From the NCBI GenBank assembly GCA_028826165.1, contig JAPDFW010000115.1, positions 1 to 64,000 of the forward strand: a stretch of 64,000 nt of DNA, in the 5' to 3' direction. A program made the translations under genes and the position numbers. Of this stretch, positions 13,064-23,886 are shown piece by piece. The notes beneath the pieces were generated by a model, which did no database searches, had not been told where the DNA came from, and saw only the letters and a list, made by a program, of their open reading frames with translations. Positions within the stretch are counted from its first letter, which is position 1. Every line of letters starts with the position of its first letter. The DNA is from Anaeramoeba ignava BMAN (Eukaryota > Protista > Anaeramoebae).

Positions 13064-13346
13064 ATCAATTTTTTTTCCACATTTCCAAAATTCCTTATTT
13101 TTTACTTGAAGAATTATTTTTAATAATTCATTCCAATTCTTTTTCATTTTTTGGAATTCAAGAATAATTTCCTTCAAAAGAAAAATCAATTCATTTTCTT
13201 TTTTTTTTTACTTTTTTTTCATCAATTCATCATTTTTTTTTTTGATTGTTCTTTTTTTTTTGGAACAGACTTTAATTAATTGAAGGAAAAGAAAAAAACA
13301 AACAATTTTATTTTTCATTTTTTTTCATTTTCATTTTTTAAAAAAA

Positions 13347-13784
13347 ATGATTTCAAAAAATTTATTAAATTTATTAAAAGATCCAATATTTAAAGATATT
13401 CCTCAAAATATTAATATTGAAATAATTGATGCTTTAATAGAAATTGAAAAAGGATTTGGATGGATTTTATTTATTGAGCAATTTATGGGAAAAACATTTG
13501 AAATTCCTGTTATTCAAACACAAAATTTAAAACAATTTAAAAAATCTTTTCAAATTATTTTTGAAAATTCTCAAACAAATAAAAAAATTAAAATAAGTTG
13601 GAAATATATTTGGAAACATTATTTTTTAGTTTTTAAATTAGATGATAAAAAATATAGACTTTCAAATGAAGATAATAATCGAAAATTAGAAGAAATTGGG
13701 ATTAAAAATGGGACAATTTTTCATTTTGAAAAAAGATTAATTCGAAAAAGGAATAAACAAAATTTGAATCAAAATTATAATTAA
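13347..13784 (+). CDS. SNRNP25: U11/U12 snRNP 25 kDa protein (minor spliceosome, ubiquitin-like fold)
   Basis: DPIFKDIP..EIEKG, ISWKYIWKHYFL and KLEEIGIKNG..FEKRLIRK align with SNRNP25 DPLLCDLP..LEYG, ISWSYVWRTYHL and KLRDYGIRN..FIKKLRQK. Confidence 0.88.
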   Translation: MISKNLLNLLKDPIFKDIPQNINIEIIDALIEIEKGFGWILFIEQFMGKTFEIPVIQTQNLKQFKKSFQIIFENSQTNKKIKISWKYIWKHYFLVFKLDDKKYRLSNEDNNRKLEEIGIKNGTIFHFEKRLIRKRNKQNLNQNYN

Positions 13785-13940
13785 AATTGAATTTAAAATT
13801 AAAATCAAAATTAAAATTCATTTATAAAATTATATTCAAAATTAAAATTATATTCAAAATTGAAATTTAAAGTTTAAATTGCTTTTATTTTAAAATTAAA
13901 ATTGTTATAAAATTTCTTTGATTTCCTTTTGGATTTGCTT

Positions 13941-15458
13941 TCATTTTAAACTTAAAGTATTTGTTGTTGTATCATACATGCATAATTGTTGAACAAGTTG
14001 TTTGAAAATCTCTTTTTTTTCATTAGTAATTATTCCATGTTGTCTTCGATAAAGTTCAATTAAATTCTTAAAAGGAAGTTTTTTTCCATTTCCAAGTTCT
14101 TTATGAAGAAAATCAATAATTTGATTCCGCAAAATCTGTCCAAAATCACCAGGAACACTAAATTGATTCTGTTTTAAATCTCTGAGTTTCTCTTCATCTT
14201 GAACAGGATTATTGATTCTTCTTTTGCGAGAATTCGCATCTTGAGAATTTGCTTCTTTTATTTTTTGCCAGTTCAAATTTTCTGGATTTTGATTGATATT
14301 TTTTTGATTTGTATTTTGAATTCCACTGTCTTCATCTGGAGAATCTGATTCAGAATCACTTAAATCACTCGACTCTGTTTCTTCTGAACTTTCCGTTGGC
14401 TGATTTGGATTGTCAAATTTCTTGATTTGGTCTTTGAGATCTTTGCCATCCTTTGTGATCTGTTTTTTTTTATTTTTCACATTTTTTTCACCTTTTTTTC
14501 TGTCAAAAATTTCATCAGAACTTGAAAAACTTGATTCTGAAAACCCCATTTTGTCTTCCTCTCCATCATCAGAAAATTCTGCGTGCATTTTCTCTTCCAT
14601 CAAGGCTTTGTGCTTCTGTTTTTTGACGTGGTCGTGAAGAATGCTATTGTAATTTGAATCTGAATCTTCATCAAAATTTTCCGACTTTTCAGGATTGTCA
14701 GATTTTGTTGCTTTTTTTGTTCCTTTTTTCGTATCTTCTTCGAAATCGTTCTCATCAAAGAAAATGTCCCTGTAAACTTCTTTGTTATCAACTAAGTTTC
14801 CCTTTTGAGATTCTAGTTCGTCTTCTTGATCATCTTCGTCTTGGTTCCGATTTCCTTTTTGGATTGGAATTGAAAATTTGGATTTTCCTTTTTTCATGAA
14901 CTAAAAAGAAAAAAAAAAACAAGAAGAAGAAAAAAAAGGATGAGATCAATAAGGAAGAAAGTACGGGTTTTATATATGAAGAATAATAAAGGGGATAATA
15001 TTGGAATATGTTTTTGGAACGGGAAAAAAAATGGGGGAATTTTTGTGAAAAGAGTGTTTGTGGATATAAATTACCTCATCCACTTGCTCACTGGTATAGT
15101 TTCTTGGCGGTGGATCCCGATGAAATACAAAGGAGTCAGGAATCAAAGTAAATGTGCACGAGTCTTTCTGGAAAGAAATCATTGCATACTTTCCTTTTAC
15201 GGTTGGATTAATTTTTCCTGTATATAACGTTGATTCATTTTCAATTTGACATTTAATTGGAATTCCTTCTTGTCTTAATAAAAATTCTTTGTGTCTTTTC
15301 TCAGATGTTTTCATTCTTGGATTTATTGGAGTTGGTTTATGTTCTCTTGAAAATTGTATTTTTTTTTTTTCTCTTAATTTTGCTGTTTCTGGGAATTGAA
15401 AAAAATGTAATTTGGTGTTTTTGTTTGCAATTCCTTTTTTAACAACTGTTGATTTCAT
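13941..15458 (-). CDS. GTF2F1: Transcription factor IIF large subunit (RAP74/Tfg1)-like; exons 15458-15075 and 14900-13941
   Basis: N-domain (YTGK..YAMISF..FTLIP..F..RNYTSEQVDEFM), acidic linker and C-terminal winged-helix-like segment. Phase-0 GT-AG intron 14901-15074. Confidence 0.65.
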
Positions 15459-15499
15459 TATTAATATTTTTTGAAAAAGAAAAAAAATGAAAAATGAAA

Positions 15500-16059
15500 A
15501 ATGATTTTAATTTTAATTTTAATTTTAATTTGAATTTCAATTTTAATTTTAATTTTGATTTTGATTTTTAATTTTAATTTTAATTTTAATTTTAATTTTA
15601 ATTTTAATTTTAATTTTAATTTTAATTTTAATTTTAATTTTAATTTTAATTTTAATTTTGATTTTAATTTAGATTTTGATTTTGATTTTGATTTTAATTT
15701 TAATTTGAATTTTAATTTTAATTTTAAATTTAATTTTAATTTTAATTTTAATTTTAATTTTAATTTTAATTTTGATTTTGATATTAAATTTAATTTTAAT
15801 TTTAATTTTAATTTTAATTTTAATTTTAATTTTAATTTTTATTTTAATTTTAATTTTAATTTTGATTTTGATTTTAATTATAATTTTAATTTTAATTTTG
15901 ATTTTAATTTTAATTTTAATTTTAATTTTGATTTTAATTTTAATTTTAATTTTAATTTTAATTTTAATTTTGATTTTGATTTTAATTTTAATTTTAATTT
16001 TAATTTTAATTTTTAATTTTAATTTTAATTTTAATTTTAATTTAATTTTAATTTTAATA
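15500..16059. repeat. (AATTTT/GATTTT)n intergenic microsatellite. Same type at ~5355-5554, 17865-18207, 20015-20190, 37135-37489, 39295-40465, 42270-42514 and 44290-44483.
   Basis: Directly visible hexamer arrays. They generate the spurious NF/IL ORFs in the ORF track. Confidence 0.95.
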
Positions 16060-17835
16060 TTAATTTTGATTATTAAATTTGTTAATTAATAAATCAAATA
16101 AATTTGGATTTGTTTGATTTAATTGAAAATAATCAATTCCTATTTGAAGTTCATCAATAATTTCTTGTGTAATTTGAATTTCTTCTTTAATTTGATTTGA
16201 ATAAATCCAATATTCAAATATTTGAAATGATTTATTACTTAATTCACTATAATCTGTAACTTTATTAGATTTATCTTTTGTAACAGATAAAAACATTCCT
16301 CGATATAATTCACTTCTCATTATTAATATTAATTTAGGGAATTTATATTGTTTTTCTTTTCTTTCAATTATAAAATCTTTTTCATTTTCATTTAAATAAA
16401 TTCTTTTAATTGTTTCTTCAATTTTTTCATTTGAATTTATAATTTCTTTAATTTCATAATATAATATTGGATTTATTATTCTGTTTGAATAAATCATTTC
16501 AAATATTTGATTTGATTCTTTAATTGATTTATTTGAAATAATTTCTTGAAGTTTTTCAATTTGATTTTGATTTTGATTTAATCTATATTTCAATATTAAT
16601 TTATGAGCTTTGATTATTTCTCCATTTTCGGTTTTAAATGAAATATCACAAAATTCTTTTCTTCTAAATAATTTTATCAAATCTTCTTCAAGATTGGAAA
16701 AAGAAGGAGGAGAATAATAAAGAAATGAATGATAAGAACAACAAGAAAGATGATAATTAGAAATATTTTCATTAAATCTTAATTTAGGAAGTTCAATTTG
16801 AATAAGAATTGATTGTGGTTCTGTATCTTCAGTTTCTAATTGACCATCTTCATTATCTCCAAATCCAATTAATTTTGAATTAGAAGTTAAAATCAAAATA
16901 TGAGCATATCCACAAGAAATTTCAAGAATATCATCATCATTTTCAAATAAAGATGATTTGATTTCAGTAAATTCATAAGTATTTTTATCTTCATCTTTTC
17001 CAAGTCCATTAAATGGATAATATCCACATGAATAAAGTTTTCTTTTTGGATTTTCATTTTCATTTTCATTTTCATTTTCAATCAACATTATTGAATGAAA
17101 CCATCCACATTGAATATCAATTATTTTACCTTTTGGAATATTTTGGATTTTGGTTAATTTTTCGATTTTCCATTCTTTTCTTCTTGATTCTCCTAATCCA
17201 AGTTTACCATATTGATTATTTCCGCATCCAAATAATTCTTGATTTGAATTTAAAAGAAAAACAAAATATGAAGCATTTCCTGAAAATATTTTAGAAACAT
17301 TTTTCATCATTAAAATTGGTTTTTCTGTTTCTGGAAGTGTTTTAGAATCAAAACCAAGTTGACCACATGAATTATCACCAATTCCATAAACATTTTGATT
17401 TGAAGTTAATAAATAAATTGAATTGTATCCAGAAACAATATCTTCAATTATTCTATCATTTGTATCTTCAATTAATGATGAAATATTAATAAATTCTTTT
17501 GTATTATTTGGATTAATATCATATCCTTTGGCAAATACATTTCCTTCTATTGTTAAAATAGCTTCATTTTGACCACCAACAGTTACTTTTTGAATATTTT
17601 CAATTTGGATTTTTTCAGGTTTTTGTTTTGAATCAAATAAATATTCTATTGCTTTTCCATTTTCAAAAAGGAAAATTGTTGAAAAATAACCTGTTGAAAT
17701 TTGTTTAATTTGTTTTTCATTTTCATTTTCATTTTCATTTTCATTTTCAAATTGAATTGGTTTTGTTATTTCATTTGGTTCATTTTTGATAAGTTTTGGA
17801 TTTTCATTTGAACCAAAAAATAAACAATCATTCAT
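16060..17835 (-). CDS. RCC1-BTB protein (paralog 2)
   Basis: 591-aa intact ORF with the same architecture as 5555-7327. Confidence 0.9.
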   Translation of the reverse strand: MNDCLFFGSNENPKLIKNEPNEITKPIQFENENENENENEKQIKQISTGYFSTIFLFENGKAIEYLFDSKQKPEKIQIENIQKVTVGGQNEAILTIEGNVFAKGYDINPNNTKEFINISSLIEDTNDRIIEDIVSGYNSIYLLTSNQNVYGIGDNSCGQLGFDSKTLPETEKPILMMKNVSKIFSGNASYFVFLLNSNQELFGCGNNQYGKLGLGESRRKEWKIEKLTKIQNIPKGKIIDIQCGWFHSIMLIENENENENENPKRKLYSCGYYPFNGLGKDEDKNTYEFTEIKSSLFENDDDILEISCGYAHILILTSNSKLIGFGDNEDGQLETEDTEPQSILIQIELPKLRFNENISNYHLSCCSYHSFLYYSPPSFSNLEEDLIKLFRRKEFCDISFKTENGEIIKAHKLILKYRLNQNQNQIEKLQEIISNKSIKESNQIFEMIYSNRIINPILYYEIKEIINSNEKIEETIKRIYLNENEKDFIIERKEKQYKFPKLILIMRSELYRGMFLSVTKDKSNKVTDYSELSNKSFQIFEYWIYSNQIKEEIQITQEIIDELQIGIDYFQLNQTNPNLFDLLINKFNNQN

Positions 17836-18207
17836 TTTTGAAAAAGAAAAAAAATGAAAAAATGAAATTTTAATTTTAATTTTGATTTCAATTTTAATTT
17901 TAATTTTAATTTTAATTTTGATTTTTAATTTTAATTTTTATTTTAATTTTAATTTTGATTTTAATTTTAATTTTAATTTTAATTTTAATTTTAATTTTAA
18001 TTTTAATTTTGATTTTAATTTCAATTTTGATTTTAATTTTAATTTTAATTTTAATTTTAATTTTAATTTTAATTTTAATTTTAATTTTAATTTTAATTTT
18101 AATTTTGATTTTGATTTTTGATTTTAATTTTAATTTTAATTTTAATTTTAATTTTAATTTTAATTTTGATTTTGATTTTAATTTTAATTTTAATTTTAAT
18201 TTTAATA

Positions 18208-19986
18208 TTAATTTTGATTATTAAATTTGTTAATTAATAAATCAAATAAATTTGGATTTGTTTGATTTAATTGAAAATAATCAATTCCAGTTTCAATTTC
18301 ATCAATAATTTCTTGTGTAATTTGAATTTCTTCTTTAATTTGATTTGAATAAATCCAATATTCAAATATTTGAAATGATTTATTACTTAATTCACTATAA
18401 TCTGTAACTTTATTAGATTTATCTTCTGTTACAGATAAAAACATTCCTCGATATAATTCACTTCTCATTATTAATATTAATTTTGGAAATTTATATTGTT
18501 TTTTTTTTCTTTCAATAATAAAATCTTTTTCATTTTCATTTAAATAAATTCTTTTCATTGTTTCTTCAATTTTTTCATTTGAATTTATAATTTCTTTAAT
18601 TTCAGAATATAATTTTGGATTTATTATTCTATTTGAATAAATCATTTCAAATATTTGATTTGATTCTTTAATTGATTTATTTGAAATAATTTCTTGAAGT
18701 TTTTCTATTTCATTTTGAATTTGATTTAATCTATATTTCAATATTAATTTATGAGCTTTGATTATTTCTCCATTTTTGGTTTTAAATGAAATATTACAAA
18801 ATTCTTTTCTTCCAAATAGTTTTATCAAATCTTCTTCAAGATTAGAGAAAGAAGAAGGAGAATAATAAAGAAATGAATTATAAGAACCACAAGAAATATG
18901 ATAATTAGAAATATTTTCATTAAATTTTAATTTAGGAAGTTCAATTTGAATTGGAATTAATTGATCATTTGCATCTCCAGTTCCTAATTGACCACAATAA
19001 TTATATCCAAATCCTATTAATTTTGAATTAGAAGTTAAAATCAAATTATGACCATTTCCAACAGAAAAATCAAGAATATTATCATAATCATTTTCAAATA
19101 AAGATGATTTGATTTCAGTAAATTCATAAGTATTTTCATCTTCATCTTTTCCAAGACCATTATATCCATTGAAACCACATGAATAAAGTTTTCTTTTTGG
19201 ATTTTCATCTTCATTTTCATTTTCAATCAACATTATTGAATGAAACCATCCACATTGAATATCAATTATTTTGCCTTTTGGAATATTTTGGATTTTGGTT
19301 AATTTTTGGATTTGTTCTTCTTCTTTTCTTGATTCTCCTAATCCAAGTTTACCTTGATCATTATTTCCGCATCCAAATAATTCTTGATTTGAATTTAAAA
19401 GAAAAACATAATTTGAAGCATTTCCTGAAAATATTTTAGAAACATTTTTCATCATTAAAATTGGTTTTTCTGTTTTTTTAAGTGTTTCAGGATCAAAACC
19501 AAGTTGACTATCATCGTTTAAACCAATTCCATAAACATTTTGATTTGAAGTTAATAAGTAAATTGAATCTCTTCCAGAAACAATATCTTCAATTATTCTA
19601 TCATTTGTATCTTTAATTAATGATGAAATATTGATAAATTCATTTGTATTATTTGGATTAATATCATATCCTTTGGCAAATACATTTCCTTCTTTTGTTA
19701 AAATAGCTGCATTTGCAGAACCAACAGATACTTTTTGAATATTTTCAATTTGGATTTTTGAAGGATTTTCGTTTGAATCAAATAAATATTCTATTGCTTT
19801 TCCATTTTCAAAAAGGAAAATTGTTGCGAAATCTCCTGATGAAATTTGTTTAATTTGTTTTTTATTTTCATTTTCATTTTCATTTTCATTTTCAAATTTA
19901 AATTGAATTGGTTTTGTTATTTTATCTGTTTCATTTTTAATAAGTTTTGGATTTTCATTTTCACCAAAAAATATAATTTCGTTCAT
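18208..19986 (-). CDS. RCC1-BTB protein (paralog 3)
   Basis: 592-aa intact ORF, tandem copy. Confidence 0.9.
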   Translation of the reverse strand: MNEIIFFGENENPKLIKNETDKITKPIQFKFENENENENENKKQIKQISSGDFATIFLFENGKAIEYLFDSNENPSKIQIENIQKVSVGSANAAILTKEGNVFAKGYDINPNNTNEFINISSLIKDTNDRIIEDIVSGRDSIYLLTSNQNVYGIGLNDDSQLGFDPETLKKTEKPILMMKNVSKIFSGNASNYVFLLNSNQELFGCGNNDQGKLGLGESRKEEEQIQKLTKIQNIPKGKIIDIQCGWFHSIMLIENENEDENPKRKLYSCGFNGYNGLGKDEDENTYEFTEIKSSLFENDYDNILDFSVGNGHNLILTSNSKLIGFGYNYCGQLGTGDANDQLIPIQIELPKLKFNENISNYHISCGSYNSFLYYSPSSFSNLEEDLIKLFGRKEFCNISFKTKNGEIIKAHKLILKYRLNQIQNEIEKLQEIISNKSIKESNQIFEMIYSNRIINPKLYSEIKEIINSNEKIEETMKRIYLNENEKDFIIERKKKQYKFPKLILIMRSELYRGMFLSVTEDKSNKVTDYSELSNKSFQIFEYWIYSNQIKEEIQITQEIIDEIETGIDYFQLNQTNPNLFDLLINKFNNQN

Positions 19987-20190
19987 TTTTGAAAAGAAAA
20001 AAAATGAAAAAATAAATTTTAAATTTTTAATTTTAATTTTAATTTTAATTTTGATTTTAATTTTAATTTTAATTTTAATATTAATTTTAATTTGAATTTT
20101 AATTTTAATTTTAATTTTAATTTTAATTTTGATTTTAATTTTAATTTTGATTTTTATTTTGAATATTAAATTTGAATTTTAATTTTAATT

Positions 20191-21993
20191 TTAATTTTGA
20201 TTATTAAATTTATTAATTAATAAATCAAATAAATTTGGATTTGTTTGATTTAATTGAAAATAATCAATTCCATTTTGAATTTCATTAATCATTTCTTGTG
20301 TAATTTGAATTCCTTCTTTAATTTGATTTGAATAAATCCAATATTCAAATATTTGAAATGATTTATTACTTAATTCACTATAATCTGTAACTTTATTAGA
20401 TTTATCTTTTGTTACAGATAAAAACATTCCTCGATATAATTCACTTCTCATTATTAATATTAATTTAGGGAATTTATATTGTTTTTCTTTTCTTTCAATT
20501 ATAAAATCTTTTTCATTTTCATTTAAATAAATTCTTTTCATTGTTTCTTCAATTTTTTCATTTGAATTTATAATTTCTTTAATTTCAGAATATAATATTG
20601 GATTTATTATTCTGTTTGAATAAATCATTTCAAATATTTGATTTGATTCTTTAATTGATTTATTTGAAATAATTTCTTGAAGTTTTTCAATTTGATTTTG
20701 AATTTGATTTAATCTATATTTTAATATTAATTTATGAGCTTCAATTATTTCTCCATTTTTGGTTTTAAATGAAATATTACAAAATTCTTTTCTTCTAAAT
20801 AGTTTTATCAAATCTTCTTCAAGATTGGAAAAAGGAGAAAGAAAAGGAGAATAATAAAGAAATGATTTTTTGTATCCACAAGAAACATGATAATTAGAAA
20901 TATTTTCATTAAATCTTAATTTAGAAAGTTCAATTTGAATTGGAATTAATTGAGATTTTGTATCTCCAGTTCCTAATTGACTACCTTTATTATCTCCAAA
21001 TACTATTAATTTCCCTTTAGTTGTTAAAATCAAAGTATGCTGTCTTCCAACAGAAAAATCAAGAATATCATCATTTTCAAATAAAGATGATTTGAGTTCA
21101 GTAAATTCATAAGTATCTTTGTTTTTGCCAAGTCCATTAAAATAATATCTTCCACATGAATAAAGTTTTCTTTTTGAATTTTCATTTTCTTCTTCTTCTT
21201 CAATCAACATTATTGAATGAAACCATCCACATTGAATATCAATTATTTTTCCTTTTGGAATATTTTGGATTTTGGTTAATTTTTGGATTTTTTTTTCTTT
21301 TATTGATTCTCCTAATCCAAGTTGTTCATAGTAATTATATCCGCATACAAATAATTCTTGATTTGAATTTAAAAGAAAAACAGAATATGGAGCATTTCCT
21401 GAAAATATTTTAGAAACATTTTTCATCATTAAAATTGGTTTTTCTGTTTTTTTAAGTTTTTTAGGATCAAAACCAAGTTGACCATAATCATTTAAACCAA
21501 TTCCATAAGCATTTTGATTTGAAGTTAATAAGTAAATTGAACTATCTCCAGAAACAACATCTTGAATTATTCTATCATTTTTATCTTCAATTAATGATGA
21601 AATATTGATAAATTCTTTTGGATTTTCAAGTAATGATGAAATATTGATAAATTTATCTGGATGTTTTGGATTAATATCATATCCTTTGGCAAATACATTT
21701 CCTTCTTTTGTTAAAATAGCTTCATTGTGTCCACCAACAGTTACTTTTTGAATATTTTCAATTTGGATTTTTGAAGGATTTTGATTTGAATATCCTAAAT
21801 ATTCTATTGCTTTTCCATTTTTAAAAAGGAAAATTGTTGCGAAATCTCCTGTTGAAATTTGTTTAATTTGTTTTTCATTTTCATTTTCGTTTTCATTTTC
21901 AAATTTAAATTGAATTGGTTTTGTTATTTCTTTTGGTTCATTTTTGATAAGTTTTGGATCTTCATTTGAACCAAAAAATATAATTTCATTCAT
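20191..21993 (-). CDS. RCC1-BTB protein (paralog 4)
   Basis: True start MNEIIFF at 21993 by homology to the other paralogs. Carries a 12-aa internal duplication (FINISSLLENPKEFINISSL). Confidence 0.9.
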   Translation of the reverse strand: MNEIIFFGSNEDPKLIKNEPKEITKPIQFKFENENENENEKQIKQISTGDFATIFLFKNGKAIEYLGYSNQNPSKIQIENIQKVTVGGHNEAILTKEGNVFAKGYDINPKHPDKFINISSLLENPKEFINISSLIEDKNDRIIQDVVSGDSSIYLLTSNQNAYGIGLNDYGQLGFDPKKLKKTEKPILMMKNVSKIFSGNAPYSVFLLNSNQELFVCGYNYYEQLGLGESIKEKKIQKLTKIQNIPKGKIIDIQCGWFHSIMLIEEEEENENSKRKLYSCGRYYFNGLGKNKDTYEFTELKSSLFENDDILDFSVGRQHTLILTTKGKLIVFGDNKGSQLGTGDTKSQLIPIQIELSKLRFNENISNYHVSCGYKKSFLYYSPFLSPFSNLEEDLIKLFRRKEFCNISFKTKNGEIIEAHKLILKYRLNQIQNQIEKLQEIISNKSIKESNQIFEMIYSNRIINPILYSEIKEIINSNEKIEETMKRIYLNENEKDFIIERKEKQYKFPKLILIMRSELYRGMFLSVTKDKSNKVTDYSELSNKSFQIFEYWIYSNQIKEGIQITQEMINEIQNGIDYFQLNQTNPNLFDLLINKFNNQN

Positions 21994-22068
21994 TTTTAAA
22001 AAGAAAAAAAATGAAAAAAAAAAATTTGAATTTTTATTGTTTTTGTTTTTGATTTGAAGTGGCGAAAA

Positions 22069-22099
<31 letters not shown>

Positions 22100-22129
22100 A
22101 AAATTATGGATTTTTGTTTAATTTCAATT

Positions 22130-23721
22130 CTATTTCTCGTCAATATTTGTTGATTCTTGAAACCGAGATTGTGTTTTTGTTTGTTTATTTTCTGGTTTTT
22201 TTGTTGTTGGATTTAATGGAGATTTTTCTGGTTTATGTGATTTCATTTTTCGAATTTCTTCAAAATTTTTTAATGGACTTCCCATTTTTTCTTTTTTAGT
22301 TTCTTTTTTAGATATGTTTTGATGTGTTGGATCTGCAAAGAAATCTGCTGAATCAAATCCAGTTGTTGGTTTCTTTTTTTTTTTTATTTTGATTTTAATT
22401 TTAATTTTAATTTTAATTTTAATTTTAATTTTGATTTTAATTATAAATTTTAATTATAATTTTAATTTTAATTTTAATTTTAATTTTAATTTTGATTTTG
22501 ATTTTAATTTTGATTTTGATTTTAATTATAATTTTGATTTTAATATTAATTTTAATTTTCATTTTGATTTTGATTTTGATTTTAATTTTAATTTTAAATT
22601 TTAATTTTAATTTTAATTTTAATTTTAATTTTAATTTTTGATTTTAATTTTAATTTTGATTTTAATTATAAATTTAATTTTAATTTTAATTTTAATTTTA
22701 ATTATAAATTTTAATTATAATTTTAATTTTAATTTTAATTTTAATTTTAATTTTAATTTTAATTTTAATTTTAAATTTTAATTTTAATTTTAATTTTAAT
22801 TTTAATTTTAATTTTAATTTTAATTTTGATTTTAATTTTGATTTTAATTTTAATTTAAATTTTAATTTTGAATTTTAATTTTAATTTTGATTTTAATTTT
22901 AATTTTAATTATAATTTTGATTTTGATTTTTAAATTTTAATTATAATTTTGATTTTGATTTTTAATTTTAATTTTAATTTTAATTTTAATTTTTAATTTT
23001 TAATTTTAATTTTAAATTTAAATTTTAATTTTTGATTTTGATTTTGATTTTAATTTTAATTTTAAATTTTAATTTTAAATTTTAATTTTGATTTTGATTT
23101 TAATATTAATTTTAATTTTTAATTTTAATTTTAATTTTAATATTAATTTTAATTTTAATTTTAATTTTAATTTTAATTTTAATTTTAATTTTTAATTTTA
23201 ATTTTAATTTTAATTTTAATTTTAATTTTAATTTTAATTTTAATTTTAATTTTAATTTTAATTTTAATTTTAATTTTAATTTTAATTTTAATTTAATTTT
23301 ATAAATGAATTTTAATTTTGATTTTAATTTAAATTAGATTTGAATGTTTAATTCCGGTTTCCATTTTTAAAAGAATAAATAAATAAAAGCTCCATTTAAA
23401 TTAAATATAAATTGACTTTTCAAACTTTAATTAAAAAATTTTTTTTTGCATTTTTTTCTCAATTTAAATTTTTTAACGAATTAAAACTTACTTCTTCAAT
23501 TTGTTTAATTGCATATTCTTTTGCTGCTTTTGTTTTCTCTTCAATAACTTTTTCATCTGTTATGTTTTTTTTTTTTAAATCTGCTCTAATTCTCTTTAAA
23601 ATTATTTCGAATTAAAAATTTTTTTTTTTGGATTAAAATTTTTTAATTGATTTTTTTTTATATAATTATTTACTTCTGCTTCATCTCTATCTCGATTTTT
23701 TTTTAATTCATCAAAACTCAT
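22130..23721 (-). CDS. Small 130-aa endosulfine/ARPP19/Igo-like protein; exons 23721-23674, 23593-23492, 22372-22130
   Basis: Three phase-0 exons joined by GT-AG introns: MSFDELKKNRDRDEAE|RIRADL..QIEE|KPTTGFDSADFFAD..*. FDSAD-aromatic is the Greatwall phosphosite motif of endosulfines. Confidence 0.55.
22385..23340. repeat. AATTTT microsatellite filling intron 2 of the endosulfine-like gene
   Basis: Direct inspection. Confidence 0.9.
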
Positions 23722-23886
23722 TTTTTTTTTGAATATAAAAATTTTTAAAAATAAAATGAAAAAAGAAAAATGAAAAAAATGAAAAAAAAAATGTTTAAAA
23801 AAAATTTTTTCTTATTTAATCAAAAAATAAAAAGAAGAAAAAAAAACAAAACACAAATTTTTTCTCCTTTTTTAAATTAAATTAAT

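Noticed and set aside
15555-16089. Poly-NF / poly-IL / poly-NS / poly-EL / KIHFE ORFs here and at 8215-8515, 17882-18224, 24318-25028, 26789-27100, 34545-35406, 37160-37506, 39358-39615, 42285-42525
   Set aside because: They are translations of hexamer microsatellites in introns and intergenic DNA.
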